Source: Thermoanaerobaculia bacterium
GTDB lineage: Bacteria; Acidobacteriota; Thermoanaerobaculia; UBA5066
Assembly: GCA_963816185.1 (NCBI GenBank)
Contig: CAWFJJ010000028.1
Coordinates: 384,001 to 448,000, forward strand
Length of the DNA stretch: 64,000 nt
Direction: 5' to 3'
Shown: positions 11,501 to 19,995 of the stretch, piece by piece
Position numbering within the stretch: the stretch's first letter is position 1
Layout of the letters: the number at the start of each line of letters is the position of its first letter
Notes under the pieces: model-generated
Database searches by the model: none
What the model was told of the DNA's origin: nothing
Seen by the model: only the letters and a program-made list of their open reading frames with translations
Made by a program: the position numbers and the translations under genes

Positions 11501-11631
11501 CGGATCCGCCCGTAGAGGTCGTCCGCGTGCCACCGCGCGAGGCGGACGGGCTCCCGTTTCGGCAGATCCGCCTTCATCGGGAACCCCGTCTTCGGAAGAA
11601 GGAGCGTCGATTTCCAGTCGGTTCCGATCAT
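8599..11631 (-). CDS. ileS: Isoleucine--tRNA ligase
   Basis: LHDGPPYAN, HIGT, PGWDCHGLPIE, WTTTPWTLPAN, WTISRQR, KMSKS, C-terminal CPRCW..CARC. Confidence 0.98.
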   Translation of the reverse strand: MIGTDWKSTLLLPKTGFPMKADLPKREPVRLARWHADDLYGRIRRARAGAPRFLLHDGPPYANNKIHIGTAMNKILKDLVVRSKTLAGLDAPYVPGWDCHGLPIELGVDKELGPKKREMSDVAIRRACRKFAERWIDDQRSDFKRLGILGRWEAPYRTMDFSYQSEIARAFGGFVDRGLVTFGFKSVLWCVRDRTALAEAEVEYEDRTDPSVYVAMPLDGDSWKAVWPDLANATGTLRLFALIWTTTPWTLPANRAIALGPSIEYILLRKEDEPGAAYLVAAALVPQVTAALGWRDASPLPHSKKSGATLGAAGLVYRRPFAASSETNFGFLLGEHVSTTDGTGLVHTAPGHGRDDYEVVRRHAFKVDDPALCPVDEGGYYDANAPEFLRGKRVVIPKTPDESANDAVLAALATTPAEASSFAGRPGKDHSGSLLLSKKSLSHSYPHCWRCKQPVIFRATHQWFIDLGALRERAMSEIHDRVEWIPSYSENRIGAMVDNRLEWTISRQRRWGSPITFLRCTDCMEKGVVSHYPSVEGEVSDRERKERGEFFERVRGTFREHGADAWYDDAAFPPSYFLSNSSSSSFSSSSSFSSSSTSTSSASCARCGGANFEKVKDILDVWFDSGVSHAAVLRSGDYGIEDPYTAHPPVPVMYLEGHDQHRGWFQSSLLTSVALTNRAPYDAVLTHGFVVAGDGRKMSKSLGNTVDPHDVIKKDGADVLRLWVASADYTNDDPVSDEILKRTSEAYRKIRNTARFLLSNLSDFDPAKDSVPESRLEPLDRWVLDVAAQFAGDARDAYRDYAFHVVSRRLLDLVTTDLSAFWCDVRKDVLYVLAADDPVRRSAQTAAYQLARTIALGLSPICPFTAEEIWEAIPGNAADPSALFLRSWDDVKLPEISSNERKAWRRILAARADFLQVLEPLRREGKVGSASQATVVVGRGGAVDEALAVLSLSEEELADVFGTPSVVREGEEDAIAVRPAEGAKCPRCWQVRTDVEPSGICARCRRVVGE

Positions 11632-11743
11632 GGTGAAGCCGCGAAGGTTACGCGGTCGGCCCGTGCCGGGCAAGGCTCAGGCCTTCATTTGATTCCAACT
11701 GATCATGTGGCGGACGCAAACGATCCCTTAGACTGCGCCGCGC

Positions 11744-12688
11744 ATGGCGAGAATCCGGACAGGAGTCGTGGGATGCGGCTATCTCGGCCGGCACCACGCT
11801 CGGATCCTCACGGAGCTCGCCGACTCCGAGCCCGTCGGCTTCGTCGAGCCGGACGACGCGACGGCGGCCACGATCGAGGCCGCGCACGGTCCGAAAGGAC
11901 TCGCTCGGAGGCCTTCCGTCAAAGAGCTCCTGGGAGCGGGCGCGATGGCGGTCGTGGTGGCGTCTCCGACCTCCACCCACGCCGCGGTGGCGGAAGAGCT
12001 CCTCGCCGGGGGCGCCGACGTCATGGTCGAAAAGCCGATCACGGTCACCCTGGCCGAGGCCGACCGTCTCGTCGCTCTCGCGCGGGCCAAGGGCCGCATC
12101 CTTCAGGTCGGCCACATCGAGCGCTTCAATCCGGCGGTGGCCGCCGTGCGCCCGCTCGTCACGGATGTGAAGTTCATCGAGGCGCACCGGCTCGGGGTCT
12201 TCGTCCCGCGCGCGCTCGACGTGGACGTCGTCCTCGACCTCCTCGTCCACGACCTCGACATCGCGCTCGACCTCGTGGGCAAGCCGGTCACGGAGATCCG
12301 GGCGGTCGGCGTGCCGATCCTGAGCGAGAAGATCGACATTGCCTCGGTGCGCCTTTCCTTCGAGGGCGGGTGCGTGGCGAACCTGACCGCCTCGCGCGTC
12401 TCACAGGACAAGACGCGGAAGTTCCGGTTCTTCCAGCCCGACTGGTACTTCTCGATCGACACTCAGCACCGGGATGTGACGGCATTTCGTCTCGACCGCC
12501 TCAGCGGCCCGCCGCGCATCGTGCCGTGGCCCGTGACGGTCGAGCCCGCGGATCCTCTCACCGCCGAGGACTCCGCGTTCCTGAAGGCCTGCGCGGAGCG
12601 CACCGAGCCGGAAGTGACGGGCGAAGCCGGCCGCGCGGCGCTCAAGCTGGCGCTCGACATTCTCGAGGAGATGGGGCGGGGACGATGA
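11744..12688 (+). CDS. Gfo/Idh/MocA oxidoreductase (GnnA-like)
   Basis: GVVGCGYLG, VEKPIT, QVGHIERFNPA, DVVLDLLVHDLD, NLTASRVS. Confidence 0.9.
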   Translation: MARIRTGVVGCGYLGRHHARILTELADSEPVGFVEPDDATAATIEAAHGPKGLARRPSVKELLGAGAMAVVVASPTSTHAAVAEELLAGGADVMVEKPITVTLAEADRLVALARAKGRILQVGHIERFNPAVAAVRPLVTDVKFIEAHRLGVFVPRALDVDVVLDLLVHDLDIALDLVGKPVTEIRAVGVPILSEKIDIASVRLSFEGGCVANLTASRVSQDKTRKFRFFQPDWYFSIDTQHRDVTAFRLDRLSGPPRIVPWPVTVEPADPLTAEDSAFLKACAERTEPEVTGEAGRAALKLALDILEEMGRGR

Positions 12689-13719
12689 AGAGAAAAGGGA
12701 ACAAGAACTCTTTCTTATATACGGCGGCTGCTGATGCAGCCGCCGATAGAAGAAAGTCTTCTCCCCGAATGGTCGATGTCAAGGGCGTGCTTCGCGCGCC
12801 GCGCAGCGGTCGCAGACCCTTGACATCGGCCATTCGGGGAATACGGTCGTCGACCAAGTCTTTGCGGCGCATCGGCCTCATCGGCGGCTCGGGTCTTTAT
12901 TCACTTCCCGGCCTCGAGATCACTCGCGAAATCGGGCTTTCGACGCCCTTCGGCGACCCCTCCGACTCTTTCTTTCTAGGAAGTCTCTCTTCGGTCCCTG
13001 TCGCATTTCTCGCGCGTCACGGACGTCACCATTCGTTCCTGCCTTCCGAGATCAACTACCGAGCGAACGTCTGGGGGTTCAGGAAGCTCGGCTGCTCGTG
13101 GCTTCTCTCGGCCTCGGCCTGCGGCTCGATGAAGGAGTCCTACGCGCCGGCCGACATCGTCCTGCCGGACCAGTTCCTCGACTTGACGAAGCGGCGCGTC
13201 TCGACGTTCTTCGGAGACGGCTGTGCGGCGCACGTGTCGTTCGCGCACCCCGTTTCGGCCGTTCTTCTCGACGCTGTGGAGGCGGCCGCGAAGGCGGAAG
13301 GGGCCGTGTGCCATCGAGGCGGAACGTACGTGTGCATCGAAGGACCCCAGTTCTCGACGAAGGCCGAGTCTCTGCTCTACCGTTCCTGGGGCGCGGACGT
13401 GATCGGGATGACGAACGCCACCGAGGCAAAGCTCTGCCGCGAGGCGGGGATCGGCTATGCGTCGATGGCGCTCGTCACGGACTACGACTGCTGGCACGAG
13501 GAGCAGGCCGCGGTCTCGGTGGAAGCTGTCCTCGACGTCCTGAAAAGAAACGCCGGCACCGCGAATCGCGTCCTCGCGAACGCCGTTCGCCGCCTCGACC
13601 CGGACAGCCCGAGCGACTGCGCGGACGCCCTCGAGTGGGCCGTTCTCACGCCGAGGAACCGGATCAGTCCCGCCGCCTCGAAGCGCCTCGCGCTTCTTCT
13701 GAACAAGGACGAGAGATGA
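12685..13719 (+). CDS. mtnP: S-methyl-5'-thioadenosine phosphorylase with a 59-aa repeat-derived N-terminal extension
   Basis: IGLIGGSGLY, FLARHGRHH, NYRANVW, EGPQFSTKAES, VIGMT, VTDYDCW; ATGA overlap with the upstream stop; alternative TTG start at 12862. Confidence 0.93.
   Translation: MKRKGNKNSFLYTAAADAAADRRKSSPRMVDVKGVLRAPRSGRRPLTSAIRGIRSSTKSLRRIGLIGGSGLYSLPGLEITREIGLSTPFGDPSDSFFLGSLSSVPVAFLARHGRHHSFLPSEINYRANVWGFRKLGCSWLLSASACGSMKESYAPADIVLPDQFLDLTKRRVSTFFGDGCAAHVSFAHPVSAVLLDAVEAAAKAEGAVCHRGGTYVCIEGPQFSTKAESLLYRSWGADVIGMTNATEAKLCREAGIGYASMALVTDYDCWHEEQAAVSVEAVLDVLKRNAGTANRVLANAVRRLDPDSPSDCADALEWAVLTPRNRISPAASKRLALLLNKDER
12711..12856 (+). repeat. Palindromic element copy 1 (hairpin A + T-shaped hairpin B)
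   Basis: A: CGGCGGCTGCTGATGCAGCCGCCG at 12722-12745; B: CCCCGAATGGTCGATGTCAAGGG..CCCTTGACATCGGCCATTCGGGG at 12763-12839. Confidence 0.95.
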
Positions 13720-14726
13720 CCGCACGCCGCATCGTCGTTACCGGGTCCGTCGCCTACGACTACCTGATGACCTTCCCGGGGAAATTCCTCGACGTCGTCA
13801 TCCCCGACCGCATGGACCGCCTCTCGGTGTCGTTCCTCGTGGACTCCATGCGGAAAGTGCGGGGGGGCGTGGCTCCGAACATCGCCTACACGCTCGCGCT
13901 CCTCGGCCTCAGGCCCCTCGTCATGGCGACGGCGGGCGTCGACGCGCTCGATTACAGCCGGTGGCTCTCCGAACAGGGGGTCGACACCTCATCCCTGCAC
14001 ATTTGCGACGATCTTTTCACGGCCTCGTTCTTCGTCTCGACCGACGAATCGCAGAACCAGATCGCGACGTTCTATGCGGGGGCGATGGCGCGGGCGGCGA
14101 CGCTGTCCTTCCGCGAGCTCTCGCCGAGCAGCGTGAGCCTCGCGATCATCGCGCCGAACGCTCCCGAGGCGATGGCGAAATACGCGACGGAGTGCCGCGA
14201 GCTCCACATCGCATTCGCGTACGACCCGAGTCAGCAGGTGGCGCGGCTTTCGGGTGACGAGATTCTCGAGGGGCTGCGGGGCGCGGCGATGCTCATCGCG
14301 AACGAGTACGAGTTCGGCGTCATCGAGCTCAAGACCGGCCTCTCGGAAGCCGCGGTCCTCTCGCACGTGCCGGTTCTCATCGTGACGCGAGGCGCCGAAG
14401 GTTCCACGATCGCGCTCCGGGGCGGCCAGCCGGAGGCTGCCGCCGGCGTGTCGACGTTCCGCATTCCGCCCGCCCGCCTCCGCGGGCCCGCAGTCGATCC
14501 GACGGGCGTGGGAGATGCGTTCCGCGGGGGCCTCCTTGCCGCACGCCACCACGGCCTGCCGTGGGAGGTCGCGGGCCGCGTGGGAAGCGTGGCAGCCGCC
14601 TACTGCCTGGAAGCCCTCGGACCGCAGCCACCGCGGTATGCCGTCGCCGACTTCATCGCGCGTTACGGCGAGAACTTCGGCTCCGAAGGAGCTCACTCGC
14701 GTGTCAGCGACCTCGCGCCGCGGTGA
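13716..14726 (+). CDS. PfkB-family carbohydrate kinase (adenosine kinase-like)
   Basis: TGSVAYD, GGVAPNIAY, DPSQQ, NEYE, VDPTGVGDAFRGG; follows mtnP. Confidence 0.9.
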   Translation: MTARRIVVTGSVAYDYLMTFPGKFLDVVIPDRMDRLSVSFLVDSMRKVRGGVAPNIAYTLALLGLRPLVMATAGVDALDYSRWLSEQGVDTSSLHICDDLFTASFFVSTDESQNQIATFYAGAMARAATLSFRELSPSSVSLAIIAPNAPEAMAKYATECRELHIAFAYDPSQQVARLSGDEILEGLRGAAMLIANEYEFGVIELKTGLSEAAVLSHVPVLIVTRGAEGSTIALRGGQPEAAAGVSTFRIPPARLRGPAVDPTGVGDAFRGGLLAARHHGLPWEVAGRVGSVAAAYCLEALGPQPPRYAVADFIARYGENFGSEGAHSRVSDLAPR

Positions 14727-14748
14727 AGCTGATACACTCCTGGGTCCA

Positions 14749-15246
14749 ATGAACGTGATCGAAGGGCACCTTTCCTCGGCGGGCCGGCGCTTCGGCGTCG
14801 TGGCGGCGCGCACGAACGAGCTCGTCGTGTCGCGCCTCCTCGAAGGCGCCCTCGACGCCTTCCGCCGGACCGGTGCTGCCGACGAGGACGTCGTCGTGGT
14901 GCGCGCCCCGGGCGCGTGGGAGCTTCCCCTCACCCTTCGCGATCTCGCGCGCTCGGGCAAGTTCGACGCGCTCGTGGCGCTCGGCGCCGTCGTTCGCGGC
15001 GGCACGCCGCATTTCGAGTACGTGGCGAGCCAGGCGGCGAAAGGTGTTTTCCAGGTCTCCCTCGAGCTCGACCTCCCCGTGGCGCTCGGAGTCCTGACGT
15101 GCGACACGCTCGAGCAGGCGCTCGAGCGCTCGGGCGCCAAGGGCGGGAACAAAGGCTTCGAGGCGGCGATGGCCGCGGTCGAGGCCGCCGATCTCCGGGC
15201 CCGTCTGAAGAAAGCCCCCGCTCGCTCGTCGCGCCCGACACGCTGA
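14749..15246 (+). CDS. ribH: 6,7-dimethyl-8-ribityllumazine synthase
   Basis: APGAWELP, LGAVVRGGTPHFEYV, GVLTCDTLEQALER, NKGFEAA. Confidence 0.96.
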   Translation: MNVIEGHLSSAGRRFGVVAARTNELVVSRLLEGALDAFRRTGAADEDVVVVRAPGAWELPLTLRDLARSGKFDALVALGAVVRGGTPHFEYVASQAAKGVFQVSLELDLPVALGVLTCDTLEQALERSGAKGGNKGFEAAMAAVEAADLRARLKKAPARSSRPTR

Positions 15247-15264
15247 GAGCCGGACGGAGGACGC

Positions 15265-15705
15265 GTGAGCGGCCGCCGGCGGAAGTCGCGAGAGCTGGCG
15301 CTTCAGCTCCTCTACCAGAACGACCTCGCAGGGACGCCGCCCGAGGAGATGTTCCAATACACCGAGGAGTACGTCCTCGCGAAACCCGAGGTCCAGGAGT
15401 ACGCCGAACGCCTCGTCCGGGGCACCCTTTCGCGCCGCGACGAGCTGGACGCGAAGCTCTCCGAGCGCTCCGAGCACTGGCGCCTCGGGCGTATGGCCGC
15501 CGTGGACCGAAATCTTCTTCGCCTCGCGCTCTACGAGCTCCTTTATGAAGAGGACACCCCGGACCCCGTCGTGATCGACGAAGCCGTGGAAATCGCGAAG
15601 AAGTTCTCGACGCCGTCCTCGGGGCCGTTCGTGAACGGCGTCCTGGACGGCATCCGCCGCGCCACGTTCGGCCCGCGCGTTCGGAGCGGGGGAGAAAGCG
15701 GATGA
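15265..15705 (+). CDS. nusB: Transcription antitermination factor NusB
   Basis: RRKSRELALQLLY, DRNLLRLALYEL, IDEAVEIAKKF, FVNGVLD; follows ribH. Confidence 0.96.
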   Translation: MSGRRRKSRELALQLLYQNDLAGTPPEEMFQYTEEYVLAKPEVQEYAERLVRGTLSRRDELDAKLSERSEHWRLGRMAAVDRNLLRLALYELLYEEDTPDPVVIDEAVEIAKKFSTPSSGPFVNGVLDGIRRATFGPRVRSGGESG

Positions 15706-16598
15706 CGCCTCGGGCGCTGCTTCTCACCCTCCTCTTCGCGTGGGGCGTCCCGGCCGCGGGGCAGGACTCCGGCGAGTGGGCCCGATACAGGCTCGATGGA
15801 CCCGCGCCGTGGCGGTATGCGCAGGCCGTGGAAGCGGCCGGCTATCGCGTCGTGCTCTCTTCGGCGGACGGCAAGACGCTGGAAGCGCGCGTGGAGGTGT
15901 CCGCCGCACCGTTCACGGCGGACGCGCCGTTTCCGCCCGCCCCGTCGACCCTCTCCGCCGAAGCGCGGACGGCGCTCGCCGATCCCCTCGCGGACGATCC
16001 GGACCTCGACTTCCTGTCCGAGAGGCTTCTCGCGGGCTCGAGGACGACGCTCGAGGCCGTCGAACGGGTCATCGCGTTCACGGCGCACCGCGTTCGCTAT
16101 GCGCTGCCGGACGGCTCGCCCGAGACGGCCTCCCGAACGCTCCGCCAGCGCCGCGGCTCGTGCGTGGGACGCTCGCTCCTGGCGGCCGAGCTGCTGCTTC
16201 GCTCCGGGGTTCCGGCCCGGCAGGTGACCGGCATTCTGGCCGCGCAGCGCGCCCGGGAGCTCACTCCGGAGTCGCGCGCCGTGTTCAACGCGGAGCTGGG
16301 CGGCGTGCGGCACCGCTGGATCGAGGTCTTCGTGCCAGGCCTGGGCTGGGTGCCTTCCGATCCGAGCGGGCTCGCGAACACGGTGACGTCGAGGCATCTC
16401 GCGCTCGAAAGGCAGCCCCCCGCCGGTTTTCACGTGGACGTCGCCGGTCGCTCCGCCGAGCTGAAGCGGCCCGTTCTCGAGACCGCCGAAGGCGGCCTGA
16501 CGCTCTACCGGCCGCGCGGGGCGAGCATCGTGGAGGCCGTTGAAGGGGCGCCGCTCGACCCGCGGGCGCTCGCGGCCCCGCCGCCCGCGCGCCGCTGA
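15702..16598 (+). CDS. Exported transglutaminase-like domain protein
   Basis: Signal peptide; GSC (Cys), HRWIEVFVPGLGWVPSDP (His/Asp). Confidence 0.8.
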   Translation: MTPRALLLTLLFAWGVPAAGQDSGEWARYRLDGPAPWRYAQAVEAAGYRVVLSSADGKTLEARVEVSAAPFTADAPFPPAPSTLSAEARTALADPLADDPDLDFLSERLLAGSRTTLEAVERVIAFTAHRVRYALPDGSPETASRTLRQRRGSCVGRSLLAAELLLRSGVPARQVTGILAAQRARELTPESRAVFNAELGGVRHRWIEVFVPGLGWVPSDPSGLANTVTSRHLALERQPPAGFHVDVAGRSAELKRPVLETAEGGLTLYRPRGASIVEAVEGAPLDPRALAAPPPARR

Positions 16599-16634
16599 CG
16601 CCGCGCCTCTCCGTCGTTTACACTCGCCGACTCG

Positions 16635-19190
16635 ATGCAACGCACCGCGACGGCGACCACGAAGGCCGACGAAATCCTCAGGATCGAGGCGAAGTGGCGC
16701 GACCGCTGGGAGGCGGACCGCGCCGCATTCGTGGATACGACGAAGCCCGCGGGGGACGGAACATACCTCCTCGTCATGCTTCCTTATCCCTCGGGCGACC
16801 GCCTGCACGTCGGGCACGCGCGCACATATTTCCTGACCGACGCGCTCCAGCGCTTCCTGCGCCAGACGGGCGTGACCGTGTTCTGCCCGATGGGCTGGGA
16901 CGCGTTCGGCCTGCCTGCCGAGAACTACGCGATCCAGAAGGGCATCCATCCGCGCACCTCCACGCTCGCGAACATCGCGGCCATGAAGGAGCAGTTCCGG
17001 ACGTGGGGCGTTCTTTACGACTGGACGAAGGAAGTCACGACCTGCGAGCCCGAGTACTACCGCTGGAACCAGTGGTTCTTCCTGAGGCTCCTCGAAAAAG
17101 GCCTGGCGGTCCGCAGGAAGGCCGCGGTGAACTGGTGCCCGTCGTGCGAGACCGTCCTCGCGAACGAGCAGGCCGAGGGCGGCGTCTGCGACCGGTGCGG
17201 CACTGCGGTGGTGCCCCGCGAGCTCGAGCAGTGGTTCCTGAAGATCACCGACTACGCCGAGCGCCTGCTGGACGGCCTCGACACGCTCCGCAAATGGCCC
17301 GAGAAGGTCGTCACGATGCAGCGCAACTGGATCGGCAAATCCACGGGCGCCGATCTGGATTTCGCGATCCCGAAGCTGAACGAGACGGTCCGCGTCTTCA
17401 CGACGCGCCCGGACACCGTCTTCGGCGCCACGGCGCTCATCCTCGCGCCCGAGCACGCGCTCGTCCCGCGCCTTCTCGAGGGCCATCCGAAGCGGGCCGA
17501 GCTGGAGGCCTGGGTCAATTCCGTGCGCAGCCAGGAGCGCATCGTCCGCGAGGCCGAGGGAGCCGAGAAGGACGGCCGCGACACCGGCCGCACGGCGATC
17601 AACCCCTTCACGGGGAAGGAAGTGCCCGTGTGGCTCGCGAACTTCGTCATCGCCGACTACGGCACGGGCGCGCTCATGGCGGTACCCGCGCACGACACGC
17701 GCGACTTCGAGTTCGCGAAGAAGTACGGCATCCCCATCGTCAGGGTGATCGAAGAGGGGAAGAGAGAAAAGAAGGAAGATTTGCTTAGAAAGGAAGAGGG
17801 GGAGGGCGCAGCGGCGGCCAGCGGCGACGCGGCTTTGACAGGCCTTCCATACACGGGCGAGGGCCCGCTCATTGCCTCCGGACCATTCACAGGAATCTTC
17901 TCTTCTCTTGCCCGAGAATTCATCGCAGCCGATGCCGCGAATCGCGGCATCGGCGGGCCGCGCGTGCGGTATCGGCTCCGCGACTGGCTCATTTCGCGTC
18001 AGCGCTACTGGGGCACGCCGATTCCCATGATCCACTGCGAGAAGGATGGCTGGGTGAGTGTGCCGGAGAAGGACCTGCCGGTCGTGCTGCCGCCTGACGC
18101 GCCGTTCACGGGCAAGGGCGGCAATCCGCTCGAGAAGGTCGCTTCGTTCGTCCAGACGACGTGCCCTTCGTGCGGAGGCCCGGCCAGGCGCGAGACGGAC
18201 ACGATGGACACGTTCGTGGACTCGTCCTGGTATTTCCTCCGGTACATTGACCCGAAGAACGGCGCGGCGCCCTTCGATCCCGCAATCGTGAGGGAATGGG
18301 CGCCGGTCGACCAGTACATCGGCGGCATCGAGCACGCGATCCTCCACCTCCTGTACGCGCGGTTCTTCACCCGCATCCTGAAGGACCTCGGCCTCGTGAC
18401 GTTCGAGGAGCCGTTTTCGGCTCTCTTCAACCAGGGCATGATCACGCGCCTGTCCCCGACGGGCCGCGTGGAGAAAATGTCGAAGTCGCGGGGCAACTCG
18501 GTGTCTCTCGACTCGCTCATCGCGGAGAAGGGAGCCGACGCCGTGCGCGCGTTCGTCCTCTTCCTCGGGCCGCCGGAGAAGGACGCCGAGTGGAGCGACG
18601 AGGGCATCAGCGGGCCGGAGCGCTTCCTCTGGCGCGTGCGGGGCGCCGTGGACCGGTTCCTCGCGACGGGCGCCGATCCGCAAGCACAGCCGGCGGCGGC
18701 CGACACGCCCGCGGCGCGCGCGCGCCACATGGCGATCAAGAAGGTCACGGAGGACTTCCGGGCGTTCTCGTTCCACACGGCCGTGGCGCACCTCATGGAG
18801 CTGCTCAACGGCGCGGCGGTCCTCGTGAACGACGCGGGCGCGGACGCGGGGGAGACCGCGACGACGCTGCGCACGCTCGTCACGCTCCTCCATCCCATCG
18901 CGCCGCACCTGTCGGAGGAGCTGCACGAGAGGATGGGCGGCACGAAGAGCCTCCTTGCCTCGGGCTGGCCGACCTACGATCCGGCGCTCGCCGAGATGGA
19001 AGAGGCTTCGATCGCCGTGCAGGTGTCGGGGAAGGTGCGTGCCGAGATCAAGCTGAGAAGAGGATCTTCCGAGAAAGAGGCGCTGGCCGCCGCCCAGGCT
19101 GAGGCGGCGCTCTCGCGGTGGCTGGAAGGAAAGCAGATCGTCAAAACCATCTGGGTTCAGGATCGACTGTTGAACATCGTCGTGCGATGA
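16635..19190 (+). CDS. leuS: Leucine--tRNA ligase
   Basis: [51 protein letters not shown]. Confidence 0.98.
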   Translation: MQRTATATTKADEILRIEAKWRDRWEADRAAFVDTTKPAGDGTYLLVMLPYPSGDRLHVGHARTYFLTDALQRFLRQTGVTVFCPMGWDAFGLPAENYAIQKGIHPRTSTLANIAAMKEQFRTWGVLYDWTKEVTTCEPEYYRWNQWFFLRLLEKGLAVRRKAAVNWCPSCETVLANEQAEGGVCDRCGTAVVPRELEQWFLKITDYAERLLDGLDTLRKWPEKVVTMQRNWIGKSTGADLDFAIPKLNETVRVFTTRPDTVFGATALILAPEHALVPRLLEGHPKRAELEAWVNSVRSQERIVREAEGAEKDGRDTGRTAINPFTGKEVPVWLANFVIADYGTGALMAVPAHDTRDFEFAKKYGIPIVRVIEEGKREKKEDLLRKEEGEGAAAASGDAALTGLPYTGEGPLIASGPFTGIFSSLAREFIAADAANRGIGGPRVRYRLRDWLISRQRYWGTPIPMIHCEKDGWVSVPEKDLPVVLPPDAPFTGKGGNPLEKVASFVQTTCPSCGGPARRETDTMDTFVDSSWYFLRYIDPKNGAAPFDPAIVREWAPVDQYIGGIEHAILHLLYARFFTRILKDLGLVTFEEPFSALFNQGMITRLSPTGRVEKMSKSRGNSVSLDSLIAEKGADAVRAFVLFLGPPEKDAEWSDEGISGPERFLWRVRGAVDRFLATGADPQAQPAAADTPAARARHMAIKKVTEDFRAFSFHTAVAHLMELLNGAAVLVNDAGADAGETATTLRTLVTLLHPIAPHLSEELHERMGGTKSLLASGWPTYDPALAEMEEASIAVQVSGKVRAEIKLRRGSSEKEALAAAQAEAALSRWLEGKQIVKTIWVQDRLLNIVVR

Positions 19191-19194
19191 GGAG

Positions 19195-19896
19195 ATGCTG
19201 CTTTCGGATTTTTCTGATATGCGGCGGCGGCTGATGCAGCCGCCGATGGATGGCAACGTGCCCTCGGCTGGCCGGAGTCAAGGGTCTTCGACCGCTACGC
19301 GGCGCGCGAAGCGCGCCCTTGACACCGACCAGCCGAGAGCTATCCCTCTCTCTTTTTCCTTCAAAGAAATCTCTCTTTCTTCTCTTTCCTTTCTTGTCTT
19401 TCTTGCCTTCGCTGCCTCTTCGTCCGGCTGCGGGTACACGCTCGTGGGGACCGGGTCGAGCGCGGTGCCCGTCGGCGTCAAGACGGTATACGTGCCGACG
19501 TTCATCAATGAGACGACGGTCGTGGGCCTCGAGCAGCGCCTCACGGACGCCGTCATTCGCGAGCTTTCCGCGCGTGGCCGTCTCAAGCCCGTGTCGGACA
19601 GGGGGGCGGCGGATTCGGAGCTGTCCGGGCAGCTGACATCCGCGTCGGTCGCCCCCGTCCGCTTCGACGCGAACGGAATCGCCGTCGAATATCAGGTGAC
19701 CGTTACCGGAAAGATCGTTCTCACCGAGAAGGCCACCGACAAGCCCATCTTCTCCGAGCCCGCTTACCTGTTCCGGCAGCCATACACCGTGCCGTCGAGC
19801 GCCAGCTCGTATTACGACCGAGAGCGCGAGGCCATCGAGGCGATGGCCCGCCCCTTCGCGCAGAACCTCGTCACGACGATCCTGGAAGGATTCTGA
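19195..19896 (+). CDS. lptE: LPS assembly lipoprotein LptE with a repeat-derived N-terminal extension
   Basis: SSGCGY lipobox at residue 79, VYVPTFINET..LEQRLTDAVIREL, ending ILEGF; directly after leuS. Confidence 0.85.
   Translation: MLLSDFSDMRRRLMQPPMDGNVPSAGRSQGSSTATRRAKRALDTDQPRAIPLSFSFKEISLSSLSFLVFLAFAASSSGCGYTLVGTGSSAVPVGVKTVYVPTFINETTVVGLEQRLTDAVIRELSARGRLKPVSDRGAADSELSGQLTSASVAPVRFDANGIAVEYQVTVTGKIVLTEKATDKPIFSEPAYLFRQPYTVPSSASSYYDREREAIEAMARPFAQNLVTTILEGF
19211..19375 (+). repeat. Palindromic element copy 2 (A + B with inverted interior, then TTCAAAGAA and a pyrimidine tail)
   Basis: A at 19211-19246; B CTCGGCTGGCCGGAGTCAAGGG..CCCTTGACACCGACCAGCCGAG at 19263-19337. Confidence 0.92.
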
Positions 19897-19995
19897 AAAA
19901 GGCGCGAGGAAACGTATCGGTTTCGCGGCGGCTGGTTTCTTGCCGATATCGAGTCTCACTCACATTCAGGATACAATGGCAGATGTTGAGAGGGA

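Noticed and set aside
15543-19256. Very long antisense or alternative-frame ORFs (e.g. 15543-19256, 1227-3269, 59048-60940, 46123-48783)
   Set aside because: Shadow ORFs of high-GC genes; no recognisable motifs, and they overlap well-supported genes.
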